Origin: Hydrolagus affinis
Taxonomy: Eukaryota
Assembly (NCBI GenBank): GCA_012026655.1
Contig: JAAILG010001559.1
Coordinates: forward strand, 1 to 64,000
Direction: 5' to 3'
DNA: 64,000 nt
Shown: positions 23,438 to 35,767 of the stretch, in pieces
Position numbering within the stretch: position 1 is the stretch's first letter
Layout of the letters: the number at the start of each line of letters is the position of its first letter
Position numbers and translations under genes: made by a program
Notes under the pieces: model-generated
Told to the model about the DNA's origin: nothing
Seen by the model: only the letters and a program-made list of their open reading frames with translations
Databases searched by the model: none

Positions 23438-25483
23438 GTAAGTGGTGTCTTTCAGCTTGTCTGCAATTAAGTACTGCCCTTGGGAATAATGTATCTGAAT
23501 ACAGCATGGATTTAATCATTGCCTGAAATTATAAATTTTGAAAAGCAAATATAATCAAAGAGAAAGTATGTGTGAGAAGGGAGGGTAGCGTGTGACATGA
23601 ATGGATTTGTGTTGCTCGTTTTTCTTATTTTTGGGCCCTAGTCTCACTCCTATCATTGAACACAAGTACAGAATGGATAGCCTGAGCTTCCCAATAACAC
23701 TCAGAGATGAGAGTCACCGGGACCACTGTCACACAGCTCATGATGGTCAGCTCAAGACCATTGATGTATAGGTGGAGGCTAGGAGCAGACTGTCTGCTTG
23801 CTGTTCGGTTGGATGTGTCAAGAAGGTCTGGGTGGGGTGAGAAAAAGAAGAAAAGAGAAAGAAAATATTAAATGAGGTTAAAGACAGTACTTCAGATCAG
23901 AGCTATGCACAAGTTCTCAGAACTCTTCTTTACCTCCTATAACTGTGATTGAGCGATAAATATACATCAGATTTTCAAACTGCACTTTAATGCGCTGCTG
24001 GAAACAGTATGGGTTCACTTACAGCAGAGTAAGCCAGACACGAATTACCATGGGGCTGAATTGTTATTGATTGGAACTCATGCCAGATATTACTGGACGA
24101 TCAATTCCGACATTGAAGAGAATGGACTTGAGCGCCTTGAAGTGGATGTTAAGAGGAAATATTAAGCAATTGAATGATTGATACCATGGGATTGTAAATG
24201 TCTTATCAGTCTGCTTATTGTTGTCAGTGGACAACATATTAATGTGGTGTTGCTCTATTTGGGTTTTATTAGTATAAAGTATCACATGGACATTGTTTTC
24301 CTAGATCCTTTATAGCGGTAACATCTATTTATGTCAGCAAAGGAATAGTGTTTATGTGTTGTACAGAACGCTAGCCATTTGTTTGTTGGGGCAGGTTAAT
24401 TTCTGGAATAATATAAACCCAGGGTATCAGTTATATATCCATAACACACAAATGTTTAATATAAATATGATAACCGAGTGGGGAGTGTTGACAGATGGAA
24501 CGTGGTTATTGATCAATAAAATCATCCAAAAAGTAGCTAGATAATTACTGAATCAGGCAAACATTAACAGACATGGGGATTGTTGCTGGAGGGTGCTAAC
24601 ATGTTTTGAATCGCATCCATCGGTGCTGAGAACTGTTTTATTTGAGAACTGTTTTATTTGTGAATTTAGCACGTCCTGATCTATTCTTCAGTTTCATCTG
24701 CAGTGTTGGAGAGATTGAACTTTAACTTGATGACAAATGCAGCTTCACTTGAAATTGATTGGTGCAGTGAGCCTACATTGTACTAACCTTTGTACCTTGT
24801 CACTCCATTTGATAATGATAATCAATTTATTTCCATTGTAATATTGGGCAGCAGCCTTTTCCATCAGGGGAAAATTGATATATTGACAATTAAAATGGTC
24901 ATGCATTGATTGGAATATAGGAAAACTGGAACACGAGGATGCCATCTATCCCATTCCACCAGTTATTATCTTGCCGATCGTTTTGTCCTGTCACCATACC
25001 TTTTAATACATCTACAACCCAAGACTCTGTCTTGTTTTTAAACAACTCTACTGATTAAGGATGATCTAAGTTCCTGAATTTAAGGCTATGCTGGTCAAGG
25101 AATTAGAAGTATCAAAACGTTGCTTGAAATCAGAGAGTGAGCACCACTTCTTAGAAGGAATTTGAAAAATGGAGGGTAAATGGGAAGGTGTGTTAACATA
25201 CACAATTGTTCTCAGAGTGGAACTTACTGCCTGCTGTTAATTCTTTGATACAATCTATGTACCCTTCGTGACTGGCCTTTGGTTTTGAGTTCTGGCATTC
25301 TGCCAATGCAAGCCTATCATTGCAATTCTTGAAGCATTGTAATATTATCAGATGTACTTACCATTACAACTCTCCTGAATTGATTCTCTTGGAAATATGT
25401 ATAGTTCTCATTTGATTTTGCCCTACAGTCTCTTATCATAAGCTGCACCTTTGCTCAAGCCCAAACTGCCACTTGTGATCCTA

Positions 25484-26360
25484 CAACAACAACAAAATTA
25501 CATCTGTATAGCGCTTTTCATGTCAGGAGGACGTCCCAAGGCGCTGGACAGTTATTGATTTAGACCCGAGCTGAGGACAGGTGGGTGGGGAAGGAGTTGC
25601 CGATGGGTCCATTGAAGAGGAGAGTCTTGAGGCGAGACTTGTAGGAGGCTAGGGAGGGGAAGAGGCGGAGGGACTTTGGGATGGAGTTTCAGACGTTTGG
25701 GGCAGAGTGGCTGAAGGCTCGCCTGCCAATGGTTGGGCGGTTGGGTCGGGGACGTAGAGCAGGCCAGAGTCTGTTGAACGGAGTGGGCGAGAAGATTGGT
25801 AAGGGGATAGGAGGTCACAGATGTAGGGTGGGGCGAGGTTGTGGAGGGCTTTAAATGTAAGGACCAGGATCTTGAATTGGATCCTCTGGATGATGGGGAG
25901 CCCATGAAGTCAGGCAAGGATGCGGGTGATGGGATCATGGAGTTTGGAACAGTAGAGGACACGGGCTGCAGAGTTTTGGATTATCTGCAGCCTGTGGAGG
26001 GAGGAATCGGGAAGGCCGACCAGCAGAGCATTTGCATAATTGAGCTGGGGTGTAATGAAGGCGTGGATAAGGGTTTCAGCGGCTTTAGGGGTGAGGTAAT
26101 GGCAAGAAATGTTGCAGAGATGGGGAAAGGCAGAGCGAAGGTGAGGAAAGGCCTCAGTCTTGTTGACATTGAACTGTAGAAAGTTTGCTCTCATCCAGGA
26201 CTTGATGTCAGGACAGTGGTAACAACAACAACTTCAATTTATATAGCGCCCTCCACACCGGACGGTATCTCAGAGCGCTTTGGAAGTCCTAGAGTCGAGG
26301 GTAGAGGCAGAGAGATAGAGTTGGGTGTCATCCGCATACATGTGGAAGTTAACCCCACGT
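25484..26360 (-). mobile_element. L2 LINE 3' portion with (TTG)n tail
   Basis: [52 protein letters not shown]. Confidence 0.9.
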
Positions 26361-26649
26361 ATAGATGTTGAAAAGTACACATACACACACACATACACAA
26401 CACGCGCACCCACACAGCTTTAATAATTTAGCTGAAAGTAGCAGGTGCTTGGGTCAAGGACATATACGGTCACACAACACTGATAGTGATTGCTACTTAG
26501 CCAGTAGGTAGAAGACATGTGTTGCACAGAATCGATTAGCCATTTTCCCGAGGACACGGACGTTTTCAAAAAGAATTTCTGAAAATTATTGAGACTTTAA
26601 AAAAGCACTTATACACAACGTCAAGATAAATAAAAAGCATGTGTTGTCG

Positions 26650-26980
26650 GTGGAATCCTGTAGCTTTGTGGTAAGAGCACTCGCTCGGCAAGCAACCCGT
26701 GTTCGATTCCCAGCAGGGTGAAACGTTAAGCAAGTTTCTTTACCCCATACGCCTCTGTTTATTTAGTAACATGGTTATTAGTAACATGGTCATTAGCTGA
26801 TCGGCGGATTGCTTTTCTAATCTCTTAAAAATAATAATAATTTGGTTATGTAATCCATGGCTGTTTGTGCGATACTGCAGTGCAAAATTGGTTGCAGTAT
26901 TTTGACCACAAAGTACATATACAGTCAATACACTTTACAGTTTGTTCTGTGAAACATGATAAGATGCTATATCATATGCA
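26650..26980 (+). mobile_element. SINE, long-body variant
   Basis: tRNA head GTTCGATTCCC, GCCTCTGTTTA body, Deu part. Confidence 0.8.
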
Positions 26981-27796
26981 ACAACAACAAAATTACAACA
27001 ACAACAAAATTGCACTAATATAGCGCCTTTCACGTCGGGAGGACGTCCCAAAGCACTGAACAGTCAGGTCGGGACCCGAGCGGGGGAGGGTGGGGGGGGG
27101 GGGGTGGGGGGTGTTGGGGGTCAGGGTAGGGGGAAGGAATTACATTTGTATAGCACCTTTTACATTGGGAGGAGGAGGATTATTATTATTGGCAAATTTT
27201 TATCAATCATCTAATGTTCCAACGTGCTTTTAACCAGTCTTATCCCTTTTGTCGTGGCAATTAATTGATAATGTGATTAGTTTGTGCACTATTTACTTGG
27301 CAAGAATAGGGAATTTGTGATCAAATGGTTTGATCCAAGAAGTAACTACCGGTAGTTAAATTTTGCCTGCAAGATTGCTGAGGTGGCAGAACGTGGAAGT
27401 GAGTTCCATAGCTTAAGAGAAACCCAACAAGGCTGCCTTGGAACTTTCTTGGGCATGGAGTTACACAAGGAACAAGAGATCTGAAGAATTGGAAGATTGG
27501 AGAAAATTAACTTTCATAATGGAATAAAATAGGTAGCAATAATTAGCATTTATATAGCACTGTCAAATAGAACAACGTCTTTAAATGACATAGTGTCAAG
27601 TTGATAAATTGTTGTGGTTCCTGACATGAATATTTTTTTTTAAAAATGACAGAAAGGAAATTTGCTTGTTTGTGCTGTGGGGAATGATATATGTTTGGCT
27701 AGTTATTTTCGGGTTCAGTTGTTTGTACGTTGTACAAGCTTTGCTCATTCATTGATGGTTTTGTTCGACTCCTTGATTGTTCCCTCTTGGCAGCAG

Positions 27797-27952
27797 GTTC
27801 CTGAGTTCCTCGAACACTGTGTTTAGAACACTCAGCTTTAAAAATTTGCAGAAGCGCACACATTCAATGCTGAGAGGATTCGCTATCGGATTAAAGCCTC
27901 ACTGTTCCCATTATGTTTTTGTCTGTCCTCATAATTTTTGCTGCTCATCAAG
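27797..27952 (+). other. Candidate 5' UTR exon (KCNAB2) with CAGCAG tandem acceptor
   Basis: Pyrimidine tract then CAGCAG; AAG|GTAGGA donor; splice signals only. Confidence 0.3.
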
Positions 27953-28915
27953 GTAGGAATAAGGACATTGTCCATCGGCATTGCTGGATCATGTATCCTA
28001 AAGGTGGTGTGTATATATCAAATTTTTGACAGGCCATTACACAGTGTAATTTATGTTGTGTTGCAATATTTGTGAATTTGCTGCTGATAGCATATGTAAA
28101 AAAAATCATTGTGTTCTGATCTACAGAAATAAATCAAATACAGTTCACTTATTTTCCTTGAAGAGGTCGGGGGTGGATATAAGTCACCAAGGTCTTCACC
28201 ATATTTTCACGGGTCTGCGCAGACCCGTGAAAATATGGTGCCTGCAGCCACATTGATATCTGGCATTTAAAAGCACAAGATAAGACAACATGGAAGTAGG
28301 GAAAAGTTATAAATAATCTGCTGTATCTGACACTGCCAACATTTAAAAAATAATTTGTCATTATATGATTAGTGCACAATAAATGAGGAAGTCTTGGGAT
28401 TTAGATTCTAAATGTACTGGCTGAATCCCACAACTTCCATATATACTGTGGCCAATGTAATTGTTTCATGACACATTCTTTTTATAGGTACTGTATTTAA
28501 ATGTTGAGTATCCAGAGATAACGTCTCCTTTCTGAAACGATGAAGGTGTTAATTAAAGACTGCCCTCTTTAATCACGAGCTATGGGGGAGCTTGCAATTT
28601 TCAGAGCAGAGGAGGGATAAACAAGAACAGGTAGAGAGCTTCTTGCAGATGTAAACTTGCCGAGTCAGGATTCAGATGGAGTGTAAGATGCTTTTGCTGC
28701 AGTACAAGACACCCCCCACCCCCATTATATTTTAAATGGATTTCATTCGAGCAGTGATACTCAGCTGATTTTTTTGGGAGGGGGTATGGAACCTGTGTGG
28801 TGCTTGTGTCCTTCCTCCTTCCTGCTGACTGTGCTAGATTGAACAGGAGGCTGTGCCTTGCGTCTTAATAGTCTAGTCTCCCTCTGTTTTTCTCCCTTCC
28901 TCTCTTTTCTTTCAG

Positions 28916-29073
28916 TGTTTCTGTCTGTTTCTCTCTTTCTTTTCCTACTGTCTCTTTGAAATCTGTACCCTCTGTTGTTTTCCTTTGTTTTTGTGTTTCT
29001 GTTCTTCGGTACCTATGAGGCAGGGATAACATTCCCAACTGAAATCGAGATCATACATTCTGTTGTGAAGAAG
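28916..29073 (+). other. Candidate 5' UTR or alternative first exon (KCNAB2)
   Basis: Long polypyrimidine tract ending ttcAG; strong AAG|GTAAGA donor. Confidence 0.35.
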
Positions 29074-29779
29074 GTAAGATTTGCACCGCGGGGATTGTTA
29101 TTGCTCTTGGAAGCTTTTCCAAGCCTTTTTTTAATGCAACCTCTGTTGCTTTGAGATTGCTCCCGAGGAACAGATGCAGTGCAGCATGAGCAGTGTCAAG
29201 CAAATGCACGTTCTCTCCTGTTTTGCTGCAGTCAGGCGTTGATTAGACTAGAGCAAAGACAGTGTTCTCACTCCAGGTAATCTGTCCCTGAAATCTTTTA
29301 CTTTGCAATGCTGTATTTAATATTATTTTGTGACCTAATTAAACAGAAGCTTTTATTAATTATCTTCCAGTAAGATTCTTTACCAGACAAGGAAGTGTTG
29401 AGGGGTGTTCAAAACATTCATTTAAGGGGGAAAAGATCAATTGAAAATCTTTACAAATGAGATTAAATTGCACAGTACACTGCATACTTAAACTGTAGTT
29501 GTTCTTTGTGACTAACTGGACAGAGTATTGCTGGTGTAGCATTGCATTCTCTATGGTTTTCTTGGACCTGAACCAAGCCTCAGGTCCTGTGGCTGTCCTG
29601 CAGTAAAATATTTCACTGCAAAGACTAATTTACTCCTCAGTCTGATGAATAATTTTAGCTCTGTGTTAATAAGCATTCTCAACCCAAGATTTGGTGGTCG
29701 ATAGCTGTAATCTGAATTCTGTAATCTGTACCACAGGATAGAGACCACAGTCTCTTTTAAGCTTAGCCATGACCACAAT

Positions 29780-31746
29780 CCAATCTCCCCTCCTCCCCCC
29801 ACCTGCGCTGACCCCCAGAGCCAGTGGACTGATGCTGTCCTGCTGATCGCTAGCTACTAGACTCTGCGTGCGCGTTTTGGCTGCCGACCCAAGCCTCCCC
29901 CACTATCCTAAACGTCTCTCCTCCCATCTCCGTATATCCGCTAGTCTCACTCCGTCCTTCTCTCGCACCCCCCACCCCCCCGACCCAACCCGCCTTCTAT
30001 CTCTCCTGGACCACATCACCACTTCCCTCTGCTCCAGTCTGCGCATCCTCTGGTGGGCCCATCGTGGTTCCAGGCATTGGCTGTCCCAGAGCAGCCACCC
30101 CAACTGTCCCATCATTCATTCCCTCCGCACAAATCACCTCGATAAGGCAAACACAACTTCCCCCTCCCTCATACTTACGTTCCCCAACTCCCCACCCTCC
30201 TCACGCTCTGCAGCCATCTCTTCTGTACGCCCTCATATCCTCTCCATACCACTCTCTCCTCCCTCTCCCCCCACCAGCAAACCCATCCCTTCAAAACGTT
30301 CGTTCCCTTTCAAATAAAGCCCTCACTATCCATGACCTGATCCTGGATGAGCACATCGATATTCTTGGACTTATGGAAACCTGGCTCTCTGCCAGTGACC
30401 CCCATCTCTCCAGTTGAAACCTCCGCTCCAGGCTACACCTTCCACCACAACCCCTGCCCTAAACAACGGCGGGGTAGCCCTCATCTCCAAAGCTTGCCTT
30501 GGTCTTTCCCCTTCTTCCTCTGGCTGCTTTCCCTCTTTTGAGCACCTCATCCTCTTTCGTGCTCCTCTCTCACTGAAATTTCTTCCTGTCTACTGCCCCC
30601 CCCACCCAACTGATCCCCCTGGCTTCTTCCTCACTGATATCTCCACTCTCCTCCCTGTCCCTCTGCTCTGAACACCTGCTCATAATGGGTGATTTCAACC
30701 TCCACCTAAACTCCTCTTGCACCACATCCTCTGACTTCACTGCCCTCCTCTCCTCCCTAAACCTCACCCTTCACATAAACTTGCTGACTCACAACCATGG
30801 CCATCCCCTCGAACTCATCATCACACATGGCCTTGACATATTCAACGTGTGTATAATGGACATCTTGAACCACTTCCTCATCTCCTTCTCCTCTCGCATT
30901 CCTCTCTCCTCCACCAAGCCCTCGACTATACTTTTCCGCCCCTGGAAAAAGCTTCCCCTGAGACCCTCACAAAGGCCCTCTCATCTTCAGACATCCTATC
31001 CATTTGTTCTTCTACCCGCAGAGATCCTGAAGCAGCCATCAAGCTGCTCCATGATCGCCTCTCCTCCACCTTCAACTCTCTCGTCCCCCTGAAATCCAGG
31101 AATATCTCAAAACCCACCCAATCCCCCTGTTATAACAGTCATCTCGGCTCCCTAAAATCCCCAACCCGACTGCTTGAGCATAGATGTCAGAAAATTGGCC
31201 TGACGGTTCACCACCAACTGTGGCTTGAGCATCTTCACAGCTACCGCCATTCTTTGTCACGTGCAAAAACGGCGTACTACTCCAACATCATCCTGGAGGC
31301 CAAAAATAACTAAAGTCCTTTTTTCCACCACCCATTACCTCCTCTGTGTGCCCCCTCAATCTTTACACCGAATGCGAGGAGTGCGAGGAGGTCATGGACT
31401 TCATTACCACCAACTTGTTGATCACCCAGCTCCCCATCCTCTGCCAACTGTTGGCGGACATCACAAATCAATGAACTTGCCCTTCATTGCTAAAGTTTTA
31501 GAACGCATTGTTGCCAACCAACTCCGCGCATGCTTCTCCTTCCACTCCCACTCTGACCTCCTCTCTCCTTACACAGCACTTGTTTGCTCCAACTGGTCTG
31601 ACCTCCTCCTTTTCCCCCGAATCCTCTGTTTCATGGTCACCTTTTTCCCCCTCTCCCTGGCTTGGCCCCGGGATCCTTTGTTGTGAAGCTCTCTGAGACG
31701 CTGTCTGGGGTGGAGGATGCTGTATAAATCAAAGTTATTGTTGTTT
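29780..31746 (+). mobile_element. L2 LINE with APE endonuclease region and internally deleted RT
   Basis: LQNVRSLSNK...ILGLMETWL, MGDFNLH, THNHGHPLELII, then NLPFIAKVLERIVANQL, then an L2 tail; frameshifted. Confidence 0.88.
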
Positions 31747-32771
31747 ATGTAAATGTCAGTGTATTAAATATTCCCTTTTTTTTTAGACCAACAGTCTCTA
31801 CGTTGCTTCCTTCACCAGTCAGAGTATTGAGCAAGTGGTGATGTTGTGCTGCTCGCACTGGTGTAGGAGGTGTGCCTCTTCTGGATCGAGCTTTCCCCCC
31901 AGATGAAACACTGTAATCACAAAAGCTGCTTGGCCCATAAATTGGCTTGAGCTATACATTTGAAGTTTCACTGGCTATACGGCTGTGATCTTGCTCATTT
32001 TAAACTTCAACAACAACTTCCCCCCAGCGCCCCACAACAAGAATAACAATAACAAAATGACATTTCTATAGCGCCTGTCACGTCGGGAGGACGAGCAGTG
32101 TCCCAGAGCACTTATCCTGTGTGTATTACATCACTGTAATATACACAGGATCAGCCACAGTGATGCATTTAGAATATGTTCTTTTCCAGAAGTGTGCTAG
32201 CTGGCTATGCTCTGTAGCTATCTTCAGCCCATGAGTGCAAACAAAAACTCGCAGGCTTGGCACCCGTAGATTTATTGTGTACTTTAATAACAGCAGCAAA
32301 AAAATTATACTTGTATAGCGCCTTTCATGTCAGGAGGACGTCCCAAAGCTCTGGGACTTTATAGTTAGTTTATAACAACTTCCTGTCTAACTTCAGATTG
32401 TGTGTTTAAAATGCCACTGTACAGTTTTGCGGCCTTTAAATCAAGGAATTTTGTGTGAAGAAAACGACAGCTGAGTGTCTGAGAATGATGCGTTTTTCCT
32501 CTGCTGTTCTATTATTTGTGAAATTCAATGAATCATTTGCTATACATATCACCTTAAACCCAGGGTATGACGTGTTTCCAGTCCACATTGATTGGAAACT
32601 GTTAGTGAGCATTGGCACTGAGCTCCCATCATTCTGCAAGAGGTGCTAGCCAGGATGGCAGCAACAATCTACTGAGGGCTGCACGTGTGTGCCTGATCTA
32701 GACCACAACATCACATTCCTGATCCCCAACAGGTTCAGTGTATTCTCCTGTAGGAAACTGATAGCGGGTTG

Positions 32772-33190
32772 ATAGCAATCGTTTCCATGGAATGGTCTGG
32801 TCTCCCTTCAAAAAAAAACTAGCTGTTGGGATTCCGATCCCGAAAGTTCAAAATAATGACCCAACAATCCTAAATAAAGGTATAGTGATTTAATGATTAT
32901 AGCAATTTTAGAATGATAGAATAAAAGAGTAAATAATCATACAATCAGTTATATGTAGAATACAATGCTGGATTCAAGCTGTTACACCATAAGTCAGATT
33001 CAGGCTTCTCACAATACTCACTCCTAACTTTCCTTCTCTAACTGACCCTTCTCTGCCTGTAAAACAAAACAACTGAAACCATGACCCGTTCCGGTAGTTC
33101 TGGATAACAGTGGCAGGCTGGAGATCTCGGTTTAGAACAGCTAGTACTGCTTTTTTTGAAGGGAGACCATTCCATGGAAACGATTGCTAT
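32772..33190. mobile_element. Unclassified non-autonomous element with about 55-bp terminal inverted repeats
   Basis: ATAGCAATCGTTTCCATGGAATGGTC is perfectly inverted at both ends and extends through TCCCTTCAAAAAAA..CTAGCTGTT with small indels. Confidence 0.75.
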
Positions 33191-33254
33191 GGATAGATTA
33201 TGGATAGATTGTTCTAATTGGTGCCTGATTGGAACTGACTATACCTCCATATCC

Positions 33255-33665
33255 CAACATAGCCTTCAGCTGTGGCTAAGTGTTTCTGGGGTGTCGTGAT
33301 CGGGGAGGGTAAAGGGCAGTTGGAGGGAAGGAGGGTGATCGAAGGCATGGTCGAAGAGGAGGGTCTTGAAATAGATTTTGAAGGATGCAAACGAGGGGGC
33401 GAGGCAGAGGGACTGTGGGAAGGATTCCCAGAGGGTGGGGGCAGAGTGGCTGTAGGCACTCTGAAGAAGAGTGGAGCCTGCTGAGCGGATGTGGTGGTAG
33501 GGGATTAGGAGGTTTCAGAGATAGCGCGCAGCAAGGCTGTAAATGACTTTGAAGGTAAGGACCAGGATTTGAACTATATTCTCTGTATCATGGGAAGCGA
33601 GTGGTGGATTGGAATATAATGGTTGAACTGGCTCGAGGGGTTGAATGGCCTACTCCTGTTCCTAT
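33255..33665 (-). mobile_element. L2 3' fragment abutting a plus-strand CR1 tail
   Basis: FKSWSLPSKS-type L2 region and LPPPSGNPS frame; GGGTTGAATGGCCTACTCCTG CR1 tail. Confidence 0.65.
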
Positions 33666-34020
33666 TTTTCCAAGTACACCTAGAATGTGCATATGTACCA
33701 TCGTACCATTCACACAAGAAGCAATAAATGGATTGAAATCGCCATCTGTGGTAGTGTCTTGTCTGTTGCTTGTCCATTGATTGGTCATAAAATGATGATA
33801 ATGTTACGCCAGTGACCTAAAGGAGAAAGACGAGCTTCACTTTGGCAGATATTTTATTGTACTTGTCAAGTGTTTATGTGTAAATGTGTCTATTGTTCCC
33901 TACGGCTGTAAAACAGGTGTGATCGGCTTACATGCTGGCCAACCCTACAGCAGCAACCTTGTGGTTAGTCACTAGTGACTGTCACACACTGATTGCTAAT
34001 GGTGGCAATCTTTTCACCGT

Positions 34021-34230
34021 TAATAATAATAATAATCCTGGCATTTGATCTAGTGCTTTTCACATCTTATCGACGTCTCAAAGCGCTTCACAGAATATAC
34101 TGCAAAGTGAATTGACTGTATATTTGTGGGCGAAACGCGGCAGCGAACTGCCCGCAGCAGTGTCCCCCACAAACAGTCGTGGATTGAAATTACCAATTTT
34201 ATTATTGTGTTTTTGGAGACAGATTATTAT
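34021..34230 (-). mobile_element. SINE, 5'-truncated
   Basis: Reverse complement of Deu part and tail. Confidence 0.85.
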
Positions 34231-34261
34231 CCCTGTTGCAATAGGGAATTCCATTATAGTA

Positions 34262-34490
34262 CAGTAAAAGCCCGTTTATCCGGCAACCTTGGGAACTGGC
34301 CAATGCCGGTTAAATTGCATGCTGGATATTCAGCCGAAAACCCAAAACAAAAAGAAAACTTTTTTTATTACCATATTAATAATCTACTAACTAATAATAG
34401 AATATTGCATGGATATTTACCAATAAAGCAATAAATATTGATTACAGTCTATAAACAAAGCACACAATCACAAACAAACTTCTACAACGG
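34262..34490. mobile_element. Tigger-like MITE, one TIR only
   Basis: TA+CAGTAAAAGCCCGTTTATCCGGCA and GGATATTCAGCCG shared with 53482-53686. Confidence 0.75.
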
Positions 34491-35767
34491 CAGACGGTAG
34501 TGGCTTAAAGCGGTACTGTTGGTTTTTTCTCTCTTTCTCTCCTTCCTTCCCTCTCTCTTTCACACACACATACACTCAGTCAGTCTGGCATCTCAATGGC
34601 TCCAAACCCAACCCCCTGTCTGGATCTGAGAGGATGAGGGACAAACGAGCCACCTGAGCGGAGGCAGCGGGTGGTGCAGTAGGACGTATGCAGATTGAAT
34701 AGATAAAGAGGTGTGAGGGCATGACGGCATTTGAAAAGTAAGATGGACTCCCTCCCCATATTGTGCATTGTATTCAAATCTCATGCAAAACAACTGGCCA
34801 AGGATGAAATAGCTGAATGCCAATTGGGGGTATTTGGTATGATTTAGGTGGAATCCTTTCTTGTTGATCAAGGAGATGGATTTGAGTATTACGCTCTTAT
34901 CTCTGCTTGAGTGCATTTAATGATATCTAATAACTTAATCATGTATTTATACTTGTACCTGAATTAATTTAAGAGTGATATCACAACTGAATCTAAATTA
35001 AAACTCTATATTTATTCAGAATACAACACTTACAAGCAATTCGTAGCACATGGAGTGTATAGCTTTGCAATATTCAGAATACAGTTTACAGATAATTTCA
35101 TTCTTTTAAAATAGCACGTTAAAATGCTTTCGCCGAATAACAATTCCGGAATACAGTGTTGCTTCAGGAGTAAGATTGAAAATGAGACAAAAAGATTTGC
35201 AGGTATTGAATTCTGCGAGTAGGGTGTTCCCTGGCACTTTGCCCAGAAGCTGATCTCTGCGATGCAGATTTGGAACCAAACAAGCTGCCAGTGCCTGGAG
35301 CTCCCTAGACTTGCAATATCGGCTACTTGCAAATTCTTTTGCAAATTAGACAGCACATGTGCAGTCCTGTACCTTAGCGGTTGGAGCAATCTTGGCCTTG
35401 GAAGTAAAGAGGACCTGGGTTTCAATTGACTTTTCCAACTGTTGGAGGCTTGACAATTCCTCTAAAACAAGTGCTTTCGGTTGTGAGTCAGAAAGTTGAG
35501 CCACTAGGCCCATGTGCAGAGAAGAGCTTATGACTTGAAGGCACCAGGTTCCACTGTGCCTTACGGAGTGCTTCCTTTTAATGTTCTGATATTCACTGCG
35601 AGAAGTGGGTAGTAATTTCATTATAAACAGAATTTAAATCCGCTTCACTGCACAGTAAGTGATTTGGAAGTTTGTTATTATTTCACTATCAATTGCCTTT
35701 TATATGTGAGTTCACTTTCAGCTGTTTCTCCGTGTGACAATATGTTTTGTGTAAATTGCTTTGGATT

